Shown here piece by piece: positions 1-13,155 of a DNA stretch of 64,000 nt. The notes under the pieces were generated by a model. That model saw only the letters and a list, made by a program, of their open reading frames with translations, ran no database searches and was not told the DNA's origin. Source of the DNA: Felis catus (taxonomy: Eukaryota); the NCBI RefSeq assembly GCF_018350175.1, contig NC_058368.1, positions 5,766,001 to 5,830,000 on the forward strand, read 5' to 3'. The position numbers and the translations under genes were made by a program. The stretch's first letter is position 1, and every line of letters starts with the position of its first letter.

Positions 1-572
1 ATGGCACAGTGCTTCTGGGGATGGCTGTGCTAAATGGGGAAATAAAACAATAGTGCACTTTGCTTCCTTATCCTTTATTTTTGGAACATCCACATCTTAT
101 TGGGCATTGTAATAACTGAGAGTATGATTTGCTTTGACTAAGAAAACTAATCCTTTGCTCATGGCATGACCAGGATTCAGAGAGGGCTTACGGGGAAGCG
201 GAATGCCGTGAGGCTTAGAAAATGGCCCTTCCTTCTTCCCCAGGATGGTAAACCATTTTTAAATAGTAGAACACCCGGTGACATGAATCACCGGAGGACT
301 GTCATGCAGGAATTGCGCCCCCCAGCCCACAAAATGTGCCTGTAGTTAACACAACAGACCAAGGTAAATGTCTTTATTGGACACCCAGAGAGATGATGTC
401 CTAAATACATAGGAGGAATGAAAATTTGAATTGAATGTGCGTTAGGCATCCTGACTGTTTGGTTTCATTTGGAACTAAGCCTGTCTGGAAAGGGGAACTC
501 AGACTCACTCTTTGTCAAATACTTAGTTCTTTCTTTCACTTGAAGCCTTCCAAATTAGATTTGTGAATTACG

Positions 573-574
<2 letters not shown>

Positions 575-614
<40 letters not shown>

Positions 615-626
615 GCGTGTGTGTGT
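575..626. repeat. (TG)n microsatellite
   Basis: About 25 GT units with two GC interruptions. Confidence 0.95.
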
Positions 627-3600
627 TTTGTTTGGGCTTTTGGTTTTTTATTTTATTTTTTACATTAAAATGCAGTTCAGATTTTCTGAGATTTTAGTAT
701 ATTTTCCAATTCTTTTGAAAATGGGACTAAGCAGTCTTTGCAAGTATGAGACATGCACACAGAAGAAACCGTGAGATGGAATACCTTTCTGTTCTCTTAT
801 GCGGTTACGCCGTCTGGTAGCCAAATGACTAAATTGGGCTTCGAGGAGGAACAGCTGTCACTGTGTGCAGTGTGTAGTATTTAGCCGCGGCCAGCTCGGG
901 GGCTGTGTCATTTGTCCCGTCTTCAAAATCGAGGTCAGACTGTCACGCACAGCCCCTCCCCAGGGAGCAGGGTGGACTGGAGCAAGCTGCATACTCTGGC
1001 TGTCAGCTCAGTGGCGATGCCACATGGGACTTGTCACTCTGCCACATGGTAAGTGACATACAGGCTGGCAGGTCATACTTGGTCAGCACTACGGGGCCTG
1101 TTCCCGATTGGGCTAAAGTAGTAGCATCCACTGAGGCCCAGCCTCGGTCTGGGGTTATGCACAGACCGCCGACTCTTAAATTTGAGTCCACGTTCCATTC
1201 TGGCTGACTCCACAGAAAGAAAAGACTGGCCATTCTATGCACTGAGTTTTGAGTTCCACTGCACACTCGCACGGGCCAGCAAGGGAGGCTGTGGCAAGTG
1301 CACATTAAGCGGGCAGGATAGGAGAACAGAATAAGCCAGCCATTTCTGCTTGGCTGTCTGGATTAGCACTTGGTTGCTGATCAGAATGGGCTTCGTCATC
1401 ATTTGGGGATGTGGCTGACGTGTCCATCCTGTCTCTGAGCAAACTGTTCAGGGCTTCTCGACCAGCGTTATATTCTCCCATCTCCCCAAAATGTGATCAT
1501 CTCGGGGGGGAATCGTAGAGCATACAAAACCCGTGCTTTAGAGAAAGGAGGTGCTGTTGCTTTAACATTCGCGGAGTAACATCCTCAAACGTGAACCTGA
1601 GTTTTGGCAGAGCATGGCTGGGAACTCTGTTGACGTTTCCTTTTCCCTGACAAGGCTTCAGGTCTTGCTGTAGGGAGCTGGCAGTGGAAATCAGTGATAA
1701 CTTGTCAAGAAGCGGTGAATAATGAAAAAAAAAGTGAGTATGAGCAACAAATGTCTGAAAATGCATATAGATGTACATATGACAGGCGCTAAGACTGAAT
1801 TTTTTTAAAGAAAACTATCGTCTGTAATCTCCATTTGTTACAACAATGACCCTTTATCTCCTTTTTTGAAGAGAATCTTCTATCATATTTCTGTTCCTAG
1901 GAGTTTCTGTCTTAGACCACAAGTTGGGTAGAATGTTTGCAAAATTCTGCTATAGGATGAGGTAGCCTTTCACCCTGACCATGTGAAGGAAGTGCACACG
2001 TTTCAGCTGGCATCTGGATTACTACCGAGGGCCATTGTCCCGAAGTAATTCAAGGAGTGATTTTGCCTCAGCATTTGAAATGTAGACTTCATCTCCTGGG
2101 ATCCGTAAAAATGGCGAACGGGGGAAAATCTGGTTAAGCAGAACCCAAAATAATAACCTGGCAAAGAAATGAGTTTGTCAGGTCAGGTTCAAGGATGGCG
2201 TCCCCCATCACATTCGTTAAATACTTTCTTCGTGCAAATGCTTGTATTAGCAAATAGAGTAGTGATAGAGACAGTGAAAATAAAGCCCTCCCCGCTAACA
2301 AGGGAAGGCATACCTCAGTTGGCTTTGTTGCTGATTCTCCGTTGGCTCTAGGCAGTTTTTGGTCTAACCGTAGCCTTGGGAGAGATTACTAAGTCTCATC
2401 CTAGCCATTTTCCCATCCTTAAGGGTGAGGAGGATGGTTACAAGAGTTTCCATGGGGTTGTAGAGGTGAGAGTCCAAGATCTCCCCCATGATGATATATT
2501 AGGAAGTATCTCCAAAAGGAATAGACCTGGAACACTCTACCCGAAGGGTGGTATTCTTCATTTGTTTATTTTTTTTAGCATCCCAACAGAATGCTGTTGT
2601 CCAGCAGTACACATTTGCATGAGCTTGATTGACTGCCAGGCCTCAACTAGCACTCTGTTTGAAGCTCTCCCTCAGCTTGTTGGGTATGACTGTGGCAAAC
2701 CAGGAATAAAAGGCCACGGCGGCCAGCACGGTGTTCGGAAGCTACAAAACAAAAGGGGGCAGAAAAGAGGGGCGGCTCACCCTGCCGTCCCGCCCCAAGC
2801 AAAATTCGTAGCTGTTAACTCTGACAAACGCCTCTGCTCCCCTGAGGAGGGACCAAAGAGTGATTCTTTTACACCTTGGCTGGCTCATTTTCCATGACAA
2901 TCTCTTGCCCTAGTTGCCTTAGAGACATCCACTCTGCTCTTTCTCCCAGGCTCCAGACCAAGAAAAACACACTCACAAGATTAGCCCACCTGGCATTTCT
3001 TCTGACCTGGCTAAAGAAAGAAAGGAGACCTGTTCCTTTTAAAAGTCAGGAACTGCGTGTCAGGTGGCTTTGATTTATGACAGAAAAAGGAAGAAGAAAG
3101 TTGAGGTAACGGCACTATCCAAATAACCCTGCCCAGGAAACTGAGGGGTCAAGAGAGCTGATCAAGAGCCTTTTATAGGCAAGCTCTTCTGTGTGGCAGA
3201 GAAGGGGCCAGAAGGAGGCGGAAAGCCTGAAGGTGAGGATGTGAACCCACCTCCAATGGGATTCGATTCAGTCATCTCCCTAAAGGTCGCCAAGCAACTA
3301 CAGGTGGCTCATCGAGCACCGATTTCAAAATGGAAAAAGAAAATCGGCCCCGTCATAGGGTTTCTCTCCTTCCCACAAGGTCCCTGCACCGGTAGATACT
3401 TTCCGGGTTTTTCATTAATAAAATCAGCGTGTGTGCTGACACGTGCATTCCTCCACCTTCCTTCTCCCATGTTACCAATGATCGCTGAGTTCAGAAGCAC
3501 CCCCGCTGCTTCCCCAGGGGCCTCCCTCTGCAGGGGCCTTGCTACCAGCTGCCACCCAGCCAGCTGCAGGGGTGGCGCCCACCCCCCCACCCTCCCACCC

Positions 3601-4107
3601 TCCCATCCCCGGGCCTGCCAGGAGCAGCCGGGTCTACAGCCTGCCCGTGCATCATCGTTCCTGCAGGTCCCTGAATTGCTGTTTGAATGTAGCATCCTTG
3701 TGGTGTCTTTTTCATGCAAGCAGAGCCACGTGCCCTCCTGTCTGCTGTCACATCTGTGCTCAGATTGCCTAAATATTGTTTGCGACAGGGAGGTTTTAAT
3801 CTGGTTATACAGAGGGAAGCGGGGCTGTGGGGGCACGTTTAATTGGCTCCCAGCAGAGTAGCGAGCGCGTCTGTGGAGTGTGGGGTTTTTTTGTTCCCTC
3901 CCTCTAGAAGTGTTACCATTTTCACGTCCTATTAATGTCCTCTGGTTGTTAAATTACAGCAGCACATTATAGCCGAGCCGGGTTCCCTCCTGGAGTGAAT
4001 ACAAATGAAGGGCATTTACTTGTATTTTTAGAGGTTTTGGAAAATGTAGTGATTTGTGGCTTTGATCAATCCTGTTGACTGGTATATGTCTGCACAAACC
4101 TGTTTCA

Positions 4108-4113
4108 AATAAA
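4108..4113 (+). terminator. Poly(A) signal AATAAA, candidate 3' end of ATP8A2
   Basis: tgtttcaAATAAAtcttttgttaaag with downstream gtgatttattttgg. Confidence 0.5.
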
Positions 4114-4524
4114 TCTTTTGTTAAAGTAAATGATTGGGCCGTGATTTATTTTGGAATTTTCTCGTCCACTAATAAGCAGTTACTGCCATAGGGACTTGGG
4201 ACAATAATGCAGAGGTTTTGTCTGCAGGTGCGGGCGATGTATATGTTCTGCCTCGAGAGCTGATGGTCAAGGAAACCCTGTTCTATGGCAGGAGCACAGA
4301 ACAATCTGAATTGTAGATTAACGTGAGCTCTGTGAGTCCAGGTCCCTTTTATGAGAAGAGGGTCCAAGAGGCCACACGGAGTTTGGACTGATCACACAAT
4401 GGAGAGAATTGTACATACAGGGACTTCTCCCATCCATTCCTGTACTTTCCTTGGTTTTTCTCAGTTTCCCTGCAAACTGAGGTGTGAAACGTTCAAAGTC
4501 TGTTGTCACAAGCATGAAATTACA

Positions 4525-5071
4525 ACCCCGTCGTTGAACACGCCGTCCCAAAGCATGCCGCCTTGGCACCTTGACTATTTGAGCTGAAGGCCATCGAGAA
4601 ACAGCAGGTGCAGGAAGGGCTCTGTGATCTCCCCCTTCTACCCAGAGACAGGTCACAGCATCGCCAATGAGAAAGGTAGCCTCCCTGCACTGGGAAGAGA
4701 AGAATGTTCTTATCACTGGGGACTGGGGGTCGACGCCGGAATGGATCCGTACAAACAAACCTCCTAGAATAAACCCGACCTTCCACTGGCTCCCCCCATA
4801 TGTTGGTTTCCCTGTCTACTGCCCCTACACTGCAAGCCTCTTTGTCCAGTCACATCCCCACGATTTATCTTTCTTTGTGTAAAAGGTATATAAGCGTCTG
4901 GGCCTAATGGCTTCTTGGGGTCTTCAGTTTTCTTCTGAAGATTCCCATATACACGTAAAAATATTAAATAAATGTGTATGCTTTTCTCCTGTTAGTCTGT
5001 CTTGTGTCAGTTAAATTCTTAGGCCAGCCACAGAACCTAAGAGGGTAGAAGGAAGTTTTTTCTCCCTTACA
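4525..5071 (+). mobile_element. ERV1 solo LTR, MER34/MER39-like
   Basis: Diagnostic segments 'ttgactatttgagctgaaggc' and '...agaacctaagagggtagaaggaagttttttctcccttaca'; TATA-like tatataa near 4888 and AATAAA near 4968. The 5' boundary is approximate. Confidence 0.7.
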
Positions 5072-7689
5072 TTATTTTAAGGAGAGTAAGGAGACACCTG
5101 CCCGTTCCCTGTAGGCTCACCAAGCCACGTTTGGGTAAGCATCCACGACCTTGGGGTTCCCTGGGACGCACAAGTCACACAGCAGAGGCCACACTGAACC
5201 TGGGGTAAAGTGGGAGCTAGAGGGCCCAGACATTGACCTTGGAAGCATGGAGACAGGGGCCTTCCTCCCTGGAAACCAGCCTCAGGCTCTGGTTCATCGC
5301 CTGCCTGCCTGGCTCTGTTTGGGCAGCTCTGCACTTGACTCATATGCAGTGAGGACAGACTGGGGGCGGAGGACAGACTCTGGGGGCGGAGGACAGAAAG
5401 GCCACAAAGCCTGCAGAGGCTTAAGTCTGGAACTCCAAAATCTCCTACCTGCCCACTTCAGATTTACTACAGATCCCCACGGTTGCCTCCGATTCCTCCC
5501 AGATAGTTTTGTTAGAACTGAGTTTGGCCAGTCGCGACCTTGGTGGCCACATTCCCAGGCTTGGGCAGGGACAGGAGGCTGGGCCTCATTCCAGGCAGAG
5601 CTCTGGCCGGAATGGCCTGCTCTACACAGGCCCAGCCTTATTTTTCGTAAATCACGCAAAACTGAAAATGGTTTAATACGATCAATAGCAAAGTGTTCCA
5701 TTCCAAACCTTTGCCGTGTGCGCTTGGTTGGTTCTACAAAATCTGCCTTTGCTGCTACGGCGATGTTTTTTTTTTTTTTTTTTTTTTTGAAATGCCATCC
5801 CTCACTTGCGCTCACCAGAAGAAACTTGCATCATTGAGAGGCCATTAGCAGCTGAAGACAGTTTCCAGACCCTACATTTCTGCCTACAGCACTCCTCTTT
5901 GGCATAGTTTTCCCTCTGAAAAAGACTCAGGCCACTTTGAAAAATCATTCAGATTCTATTTATTTTCAACATGTTTGTGTAAGAGACGTATAGAATGCGA
6001 GGGATTGAAACGTGTATCAAAGCAGCAGGGCACATGACAGAAGCCCACTGCAGCCTCTAATCTTTCTCTTTCTGCCTACGTTCTGTTCCACGCGTGCGTC
6101 TTTCAAGGGAACTTGCCAGCAACTGTTGAAAAGACAAGCCGTTGTCGTAACGGGGACTGTGGATGCGGTCCGGGACTTTATTTTTTCCCAGAAGGAGCAC
6201 GTGTCAAGGCGAGAACCACCAAACAAACACGGTCCAGTTCACCATCATTAGGCTTTCACTTATCGAAAGCAGGCCATACACGAAAATAAAACGACTCACA
6301 GTTCGTGCGGGTGGGCCCCAAACTCCGCCTTCAACTGTTGGCCTCTTCTGGCATCGCACTGTCCTTGACTTTAGATTGCAGAGCGATGGAGGCCGAAAGC
6401 AAGGTGCACAGGGGCCCTCAGCGCCACGACTTTGGCTGAGCCCCGAATGGGCGGGGTCTGTCCCAGCGGTTTCTATGTAATTGCTGTTAGCCTTGTTGAC
6501 ATTGAACGCTACCTGTACTCTCTCCGCAGCTCTAAAGAAAAGGTGTTTTGATTTGAAATAGTCTAACTGCCAAGAACCTTACGGATTTTTCTCCCGACTT
6601 TCAAAATAGCGGTTGTGCGCATCTTAAGTCTCATCTGACTTAAAACTCTTGTGCTGACCTAACACACCTTGCCCGTGGCTGGGGGCCCCCCGTGGTTGTC
6701 ACCGTTGCTTTCCAAATAGCCTTGAGTGGGGGCGGGGGGTGTGAGTAGCTGCTGTGAGCTGAAGTAGAACAGCCCTTTAGTCACGAGCAAAGCTGTTAAT
6801 GTCATTTCTCCCCCCTTCCCGGTGTCCTTAAGCTGCCTGCAAATTACCTCCAAAGATGGCTGCAGGAGTAGCCCTTGGATTCGGTTCACTATTGCATTTA
6901 AAACTGCATGGAGGGGAGAATAGTGGGGCTCGGGGAGACCCTTACGCGGCGGTAAAAGAAACCACCTCTAAGTGAATTTCTTTCATACTTGCGCTGGAGA
7001 ATGTGTTAACGGAATCTCACTGTCCGGTCGACGTGGTGAAGAGCCCCCGTGGGCTGGCTGCTGACGGCAGGTCCCCAGGAGCTGGGAGCTGAGGGTGCCC
7101 CACACGCCCCTCAGGGTGCACGAGGGAGACCCACTCGCACGTGCAGGAGGCCCCTGGGCCTGTGTGCGCGAAGCTCACGCGTGCGCGATCACGCGCGCCC
7201 CTCAGCTCTGCGGGAGAAGATGGAGCGGACACAGACAGACATGAACGCTAAAGAAGAAAATCCCTTCTCAAACTTGAGAACGTAGCCAAGCAGGGGAGAC
7301 GATGCCACGGGAAGGGTATGAGGGCTTGACGCAGTTCTCACGCGAGGAGACGAGAGAAAAGCAGGCAACCGTGTGTGCTAAAGGGAGATGTTGGCAGGGC
7401 TCTACCGGCCCACCTGACCCGACAGCCAGACGTTTGCGAACCTGGGGACTTTACTGCTAAAAGGCCGAGGCCCCCGCTCCCAGAGAAGGGCCTCCAGCGG
7501 CCGGCGGAGGTGGGAGAGCACTGGGCGGCCCAGTTCAGGTGTACTCCTGCCCTGGCTGACACCAAGCGAGGCCGGCTAATGATCTTGAACTCTGCCCATC
7601 CCAAGCAGCTGCAGCTGGGAGGGCTCTCCGACCCCCTTTCTCACGGCCCTTCGGAATCCGAGCCGTTTCCCAACACAGGTGGAGGGTGT

Positions 7690-7800
7690 GTCGAGATGCA
7701 GTGGTGAACCACACCGAGTCCCGGCCCCACGGAGCTGACATCCCAGTGGGAGAGACGGACCGTAAACAAAAGAACATATAATCCGACACCGGGTTCTGCG
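7690..7800 (-). mobile_element. L2 fragment
   Basis: 'gtcccggccccacggagctgacatcccagtggggagagac...taaacaaa' resembles L2 3' region. Confidence 0.5.
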
Positions 7801-7810
7801 GCATAGATGG

Positions 7811-7925
7811 TGTCTTAGCTTGGGCTGCTACAGCAAAACTACCACCGACTGGGGGGGCGCTTAGAAGCGACGGATATTTATTTCTCATAGTTCTGGAGGC
7901 TGGAAGATGGAGATCTAGGAATGAC
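7811..7925 (-). mobile_element. MLT1 (MaLR) LTR 3' fragment
   Basis: 'tgtcttagcttgggctgctacagcaaa...tttatttctcatagttctggaggctggaag' is the reverse complement of an MLT1 3' end. Confidence 0.7.
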
Positions 7926-9167
7926 TTCAGCAAGCCTAACGTGTGGGGAGAGACGCGTGCCTTTCAGAAGTCACGTGCTCTGTGGACGATGTCCAAGTGG
8001 GGCTCCTCACTCTACAGCAAACCAAAGGCCACTGACACGCATCGAACACCACCGCCTACGGTGCCCTCCAAAGTGACTTACCGCTGTGACGTTCTAACAC
8101 AGTTCTGACTCATGTTCTAGTAATCGTAGAGATGGATGTGGGCTTCAATACGATTGGTCAAGCACAGTGTTTATATAACCACGTTGTGAAAAAGAGAAGT
8201 CAGTGAATCAAATGAGTTTCTGACACTTCTCAGTAAAAACTGCTGAACGAATACTGATCCTTAGTCAACAAAGGATCTTTGTGTCCCAGTACATCTTCCG
8301 TTAGACATACGATTTCTTAAAATTAATAGAGGTATTGTACTGACTTAAAAAAAAAAGAACATGAAAACTAATAAAAAATAAACGAAGAGTGATCACCCCA
8401 GATTACTCTCTGCCTTCCAATTTATTGTCAGGAGAAATGGTTTTAAGATGACTCCAGTGATTTCAAACTTTTGCCATCCTCACGTAGGTATGTTGGACCC
8501 AATATTTCGAGTCAACCTGGGACAAAAGTCTAGACAGAAGCTGCAAATATCATTCTCACAGAGGTCACCATGGGTCCAAGAACAAAGCCGACAGGACCAA
8601 CATTCTATTCTGTCTCCGGTATTGTTAACTGAATGACCATTTGAAATTTTTTGTAAGCAAAGAAGAATCTGTGTGCCGCTCCAAATAAAGTCAAGTTATA
8701 TTGGATGCTCCTTTTCAAGAAGTAGGGCATTGCCTTGGCCTAAGGAGGATCCAGCTCATTCAATTCCTTTTGAAACACTTAACATCTTTATGGCCAAATA
8801 TTTTTTCTACCTCCGCAAGCGTTAACAGCATGTGCATTGTACGCAGGCATCGTGCTGGGTGCTGAGGACTCATTTAGAGCTGTAGACGTCTTGGTTTCTA
8901 TCCTTGAGAAACTCGCTAAGGGGACGTGTACACAATTCAACATGGCCCCAGGCAGCATGACACAAGGGTACCAGCAAGTGCCGTGGGAACAGGGAACAAA
9001 GAGGAATTACACCCAGCATGTGTGCAAGGAGCAGAGAGCAGCACTGTCCTCTCCCTAATCTCTACTGCTCTCAGTTCTTATAGCCCAGTCTCTCAGGGTT
9101 ATTGGATAACATGAAAAACAGAGGAACGACAAAGGATCCCAGTAGAATGTGGCTAGATGAGGTGGGG

Positions 9168-9405
9168 TTTTTTTTTTTAATTTTTTTTTAATGTTTATTC
9201 ATTTTTTTTGAGAGAGACAGAGCATGAGTGGTGGTGGTGGGGGGGGGGGGGCGGGCAGAGAGAGAGGGAGACACAGAATCCGAAGCAGGCTCCAGGCTCC
9301 GAGCTGTCAGCCCAGAGTCTGACGCGGGGCTCGAACCCATGAACTGTGAAATCATGACCTAAGCTGAAGTCAGACACTTAACCAACTGAGCCACCCAGGC
9401 GCCCC
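9168..9405 (-). mobile_element. Can-SINE (SINEC_Fc-type)
   Basis: T-tail, (GA)n body, ends ccacccaggcgcccc; TSD tagatgaggt at 9154-9163 and 9406-9415. Confidence 0.93.
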
Positions 9406-10061
9406 TAGATGAGGTTTTAAAGATAGTTTAAAATTTAACCCAAAAACCTTACTTACATAAAACCAGAGCTTCTGGAAAGCAGCCTACAGAACCAACAGCA
9501 CCTCGGGAGAAAGCTGAGGTGGCCGGCCCTGTCGCATTATGTCACTTAATCTGCACAACTGCCCTGTGAGTGGATGACACGATGAGTCTCATTTTAGCCA
9601 ACTGAGGTTCCACGAGGTTTCCTGACTTGTTACCTACTTGTCAGGGATGGAAGAGGGATTCGAAAACAACTCCCACCTCCTCCCAAGCCCATCCTTTACT
9701 TCAAAGGACCGTGCAAAAAGACGACTGCAAAGTCCCCAGAAATGCAGCTGTCCAGGGAACGCTGTTAAACCCAACTCCCACGGAACGTTTAGTTTCTATT
9801 TTTGCCTTGAAATGAGACGTATGAAGTACTCTGAGTTCAGTCACCGACTTGATACACAGCTGTCCTAAGTAGATGAATACATTTGCAACATCCATGTCAG
9901 AAAGATGAGGAAAATCCTAAGAATCATCCGGCTACAAGGCATAGTGTCAGCTTGAAAGATGCCGGTTACTGACTTCTGCCCCCTCCCTTCCAATGCTGCC
10001 GTGCGATGCTCTGGGGGGCGGCCGCACCCCTTACCCTTTGCCCGCTGGCCATACCAGGCTC

Positions 10062-10080
10062 TGCCAACAGGGGGCGCTAG
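10062..10080 (+). promoter_or_regulatory. CTCF motif (forward)
   Basis: TGCCAACAGGGGGCGCTAG matches the CTCF core; an upstream-module-like GCCATACC lies 6 bp 5'. Confidence 0.7.
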
Positions 10081-10197
10081 AGGGAGCCTGAAAGGTTGGG
10101 GGAGCAGAAGGGCAAAGACCTGCCCGTCCACTGCCTTGTCTGTGACTACAGATACAGCACCAGTTTCCAGCTTTAAAAAAAAAAATTGGCATTTCCT

Positions 10198-10414
10198 GGG
10201 GCATCTGGGTGGCTCAGTCAGTTAAGCACCCAGCTTCAGGTCAGGTCATGATCTTATGGTTCATGGGTTCGAGTCCCATGTTGGGCTCTGTGCGGACAGC
10301 TTGGAGCCGGGAGCCTACTTCGGATTCTGTGTCTCCCTCCCTCGGTCCTTCTCTTGCTCATGATGTGTCTCTCTCTGCCTCTCATAAATAAATATTTAAA
10401 AAAAAATTTTTTTT
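10198..10414 (+). mobile_element. Can-SINE
   Basis: ggggcatctgggtggctcagtcagttaag head, CT-rich region, A tail; degenerate TSD tggcatt. Confidence 0.9.
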
Positions 10415-10689
10415 AACTGGCATTCCCAGAATGGGCTGCATTGTGTCCCCGGGGGTACCGGTCAGCAAGTGCTGCCTCTCTGAGCGGACAGGGCCCTTCC
10501 TTCAAGCCCTGGATTCTAATACCCCCAGCTTCTTCCCTTTGCTCCTTTGGCCTTAGGGATAGTAACTGCCTCAGGCAATCGTCAGCTCCGCATTGCCTCA
10601 GTTTCCCCTTTTGCTCTTTCAGTTCCCTAGCACCTGTTTAACCAATTCCTTTCACAAATTCTCTGTTAAAAATAACTGGTATGACACTG

Positions 10690-11150
10690 GTCATATCTAC
10701 TAAGGCAAACATCCATATATCTCCTGTGACACAGCACTTCCTGTTCTGAAACTCCACACAAGAGGGCTGAGGGCTCGTGTTCACCAAAACACCTTTAAAA
10801 TGTTCCTAACCGCCCCAAATGGAGAGTAACCCAAATGTCTGTCAACAGTAGAGTGGATAAATACAGTGTACGGATGGTATTTCTATATGATGAAATACTA
10901 CCCAGCGAGGAAAAGGAACTGGGACATCAGTCATAACAGTGAGGGAGGGAAGCGTGTGATTCCATTGTTACGAAGTTCAAAACCAGGCAAAGCTAACGTA
11001 TGGTGATAGAGATCAGAGGAGCCCTTCCCCTTGAGGGGAACTCTCGGCAGGATTCTGTCTCTCTCGACCTTGATGAGAGTTTATTGAGTTGTACAGTTAA
11101 GATTTGTGTCCTTTGCTGCGTGTCGGTTATAATTCAGTGGAAAATTAAAA
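10690..11150 (+). mobile_element. Ancient L1M(E) 3' fragment
   Basis: 'aacccaaatgtctgtcaacagtagagtggataaatac' and 'aagttcaaaaccaggcaaagctaac' are L1ME 3'-type motifs. Confidence 0.65.
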
Positions 11151-11599
11151 TGATTCAATCTGTGTTCCTGACTGGACCCCAGTTGGTACAGAGAGATGCC
11201 AACTGGCAGACTAGAAAGGTTCTGTAGGTGTAGCTAAACACAGCAGACACATAGGGAGGAGAGAAAGCCTGTGAATTTACAAAGCAACAGCACAGAGAAC
11301 TAAGACAGGCCGCTTAGGGCATTACAGAGAACAGTACTGATTCAAGGCTCAGAGAAAGCCAGTTCTGTGCACGTCTCTTGGGCAACCTAAAAACATTAGA
11401 AATATAGACTAACCCAGGTAAAACTGGTTATTGAAACAAAAATAAGGAAAATCTAACATAGTTCTGTTACAACGTTCCATCTATCTCTCTATCTGTAGTT
11501 GACATATTTTGTCAACATACATTATGTATTTCTTTGTATCAGGCAGGTTGAAAATATCTGAAAAGAAATTAAATTATATGTGTATTATAAACACCTCGT

Positions 11600-11755
11600 A
11601 GATGCCACTATGTTATATTCTTTATCTCCGCACCGACCCTAGGAGGTGGGTGTGGTGGATCCCCTGTTCCAGAAGGCACGCTTGAGCTCAGAGACGTGAA
11701 CGCTCACCATTGGTGTTAGAGGTGGATTCTAACGTAGGTCCGTCCGACTCCAGAG
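11600..11755 (-). mobile_element. MIR fragment
   Basis: 'ccctaggaggtggg...ttccagaaggcacgcttgagctcagagacgtgaa...ggtccgtccgactccaga' resembles a MIR core. Confidence 0.5.
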
Positions 11756-12161
11756 GAAGTTGGACAGAACCAGTTCTGGCTGAGACAAGGAAAGCTGAGC
11801 GCTGCAAACCAGCTCCAGTTTAAAAAAAATCAGTCAAGAATTGAGAACAGAGTCTTGGATGAGATAGCCTCACATAATAAGTTATTTCTGTTTCAGATTT
11901 TCCTGTGATCATTCTGTACACATATGTATACACACATGTGGTAATTTTATATACATGTTACAGATGGCAATCAGTCTTCTACAGCTGTTATGTCTCCTCA
12001 GTAAATAACGTCTTGTGTAACCTATGATTTTTCTAAATGAAAAGACCTACATTTCAAGATGGTTGAAACCAAGATGCAAGTTTGATGTCTGAAATCAATC
12101 TTAAGGCCGCCACCATAAACTGTTTACCCCTTTTATCATCCCTCGTCTAAAAGCTTTCTTA

Positions 12162-12359
12162 TTTTTTTTTAATTTATTTATTTTGAGAGAGAGAGAGAGA
12201 GAAAGTGCGGGAGGGACAGAGAGAGGGGGAGAGAGTCCTAAGTAGGCTCCATGCTGTCACGTGGAGACCGACTTGGGGTTCCATCCACAAACCGTAAGAT
12301 CATGGCCTGAGCCAAAATCAAGAGTCGGTTGCTTAACTGACTGAGCCACCCAGGTGCCC
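12162..12359 (-). mobile_element. Can-SINE (older subfamily)
   Basis: T tail, (GA)n, ends ctgagccacccaggtgccc. Confidence 0.9.
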
Positions 12360-12726
12360 TTAAACTTCCTATTCTAGACTTGAGTCCAGTTCCTTCGATT
12401 GGGGGTGTAAATGTCGGAGGCATTCTGAAGCTTTAACTGTGAAAGGCACAATGACCCCACACAGCCACCTCCCTCCATAAAACTGTAATTTTATCTCAAA
12501 GTTATTCTGTCCTGGTTGCTGTGGGGTTATAGTGAATAGTCAAAAATACTGAACATCTTGGACAGGAGTAACCGTGTCTCTAGGGGTTTATTCTTCCAGT
12601 TTCACTGATAAAGGATTCTATCCAAGAAGAACAGAGGGCAAAGAAATTCAAGGGCAAATCATGCACTATGTAAGAACTGTTTACCTAGCCCATCTTCAAT
12701 TTTCAGGAAAAGAGGTAATAATTTCT

Positions 12727-12953
12727 TTTTTTTTTTAATATTTTTTTTTCAACGTTTATTTATTTTTGGGACAGCGAGAGACAGAGCATGAACGGGGGAG
12801 GGGCAGAGAGAGAGGGAGACACAGAATCGGAAACAGGCTCCAGGCTCCGAGCCATCAGCCCAGAGCCCGACGCGGGGCTCGAACTCGCGGACCGCGAGAT
12901 CGTGACCTGAGCTGAAGTCGGTCGCTTAACCGACTGCGCCACCCAGGCGCCCC
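12727..12953 (-). mobile_element. Young SINEC_Fc
   Basis: CpG-intact body; perfect TSD aataatttct at 12717-12726 and 12954-12963. Confidence 0.95.
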
Positions 12954-13124
12954 AATAATTTCTAACCCTTTGTCATCTCTCACTGACTCAACCTCTTCAA
13001 GGCACTTGAAGCACAGTGACATGCATGTTTTCAATTAAGAAAAACATTGCAGAAGGCAAAGAAATTTTCTGTGCATCTTGGAATGAATGGGCTGAATGAA
13101 AATAGCTGATCTCCGGCTCTTAAA

Positions 13125-13155
13125 AACAACAACAACAACAACAACAACAACAAAA
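13125..13155. repeat. (AAC)n microsatellite
   Basis: About 9 ACA units. Confidence 0.9.

Larger units (their letters stand above)
1..4130 (+). other. ATP8A2: Probable distal 3'UTR of ATP8A2 (stop codon lies upstream of the window)
   Basis: Inference from synteny: ATP8A2 lies tail-to-tail with SHISA2 in mammals. The stretch is poor in interspersed repeats and ends in AATAAA (4108-4113) followed by a T/GT-rich tract. No ATP8A2 coding sequence is seen. Confidence 0.5.
9945..11190 (+). mobile_element. ERVL LTR, LTR41/LTR33-like, interrupted by a SINE (10198-10414) and an L1M fragment (10690-11150)
   Basis: 'tctgccaacagggggcgctagagggag' core; 3' end 'accaattcctttcacaaattctctgttaaaaataactggt' resumes as 'ttcctgactggaccccagttggtaca' at ~11165-11190. 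Confidence 0.6.

Noticed and set aside
2376..5837. 170-230 aa ORFs near the putative ATP8A2 3' end
   Set aside because: Mostly non-ATG starts and no similarity to a P4-ATPase C-terminus or any other family I recognise.
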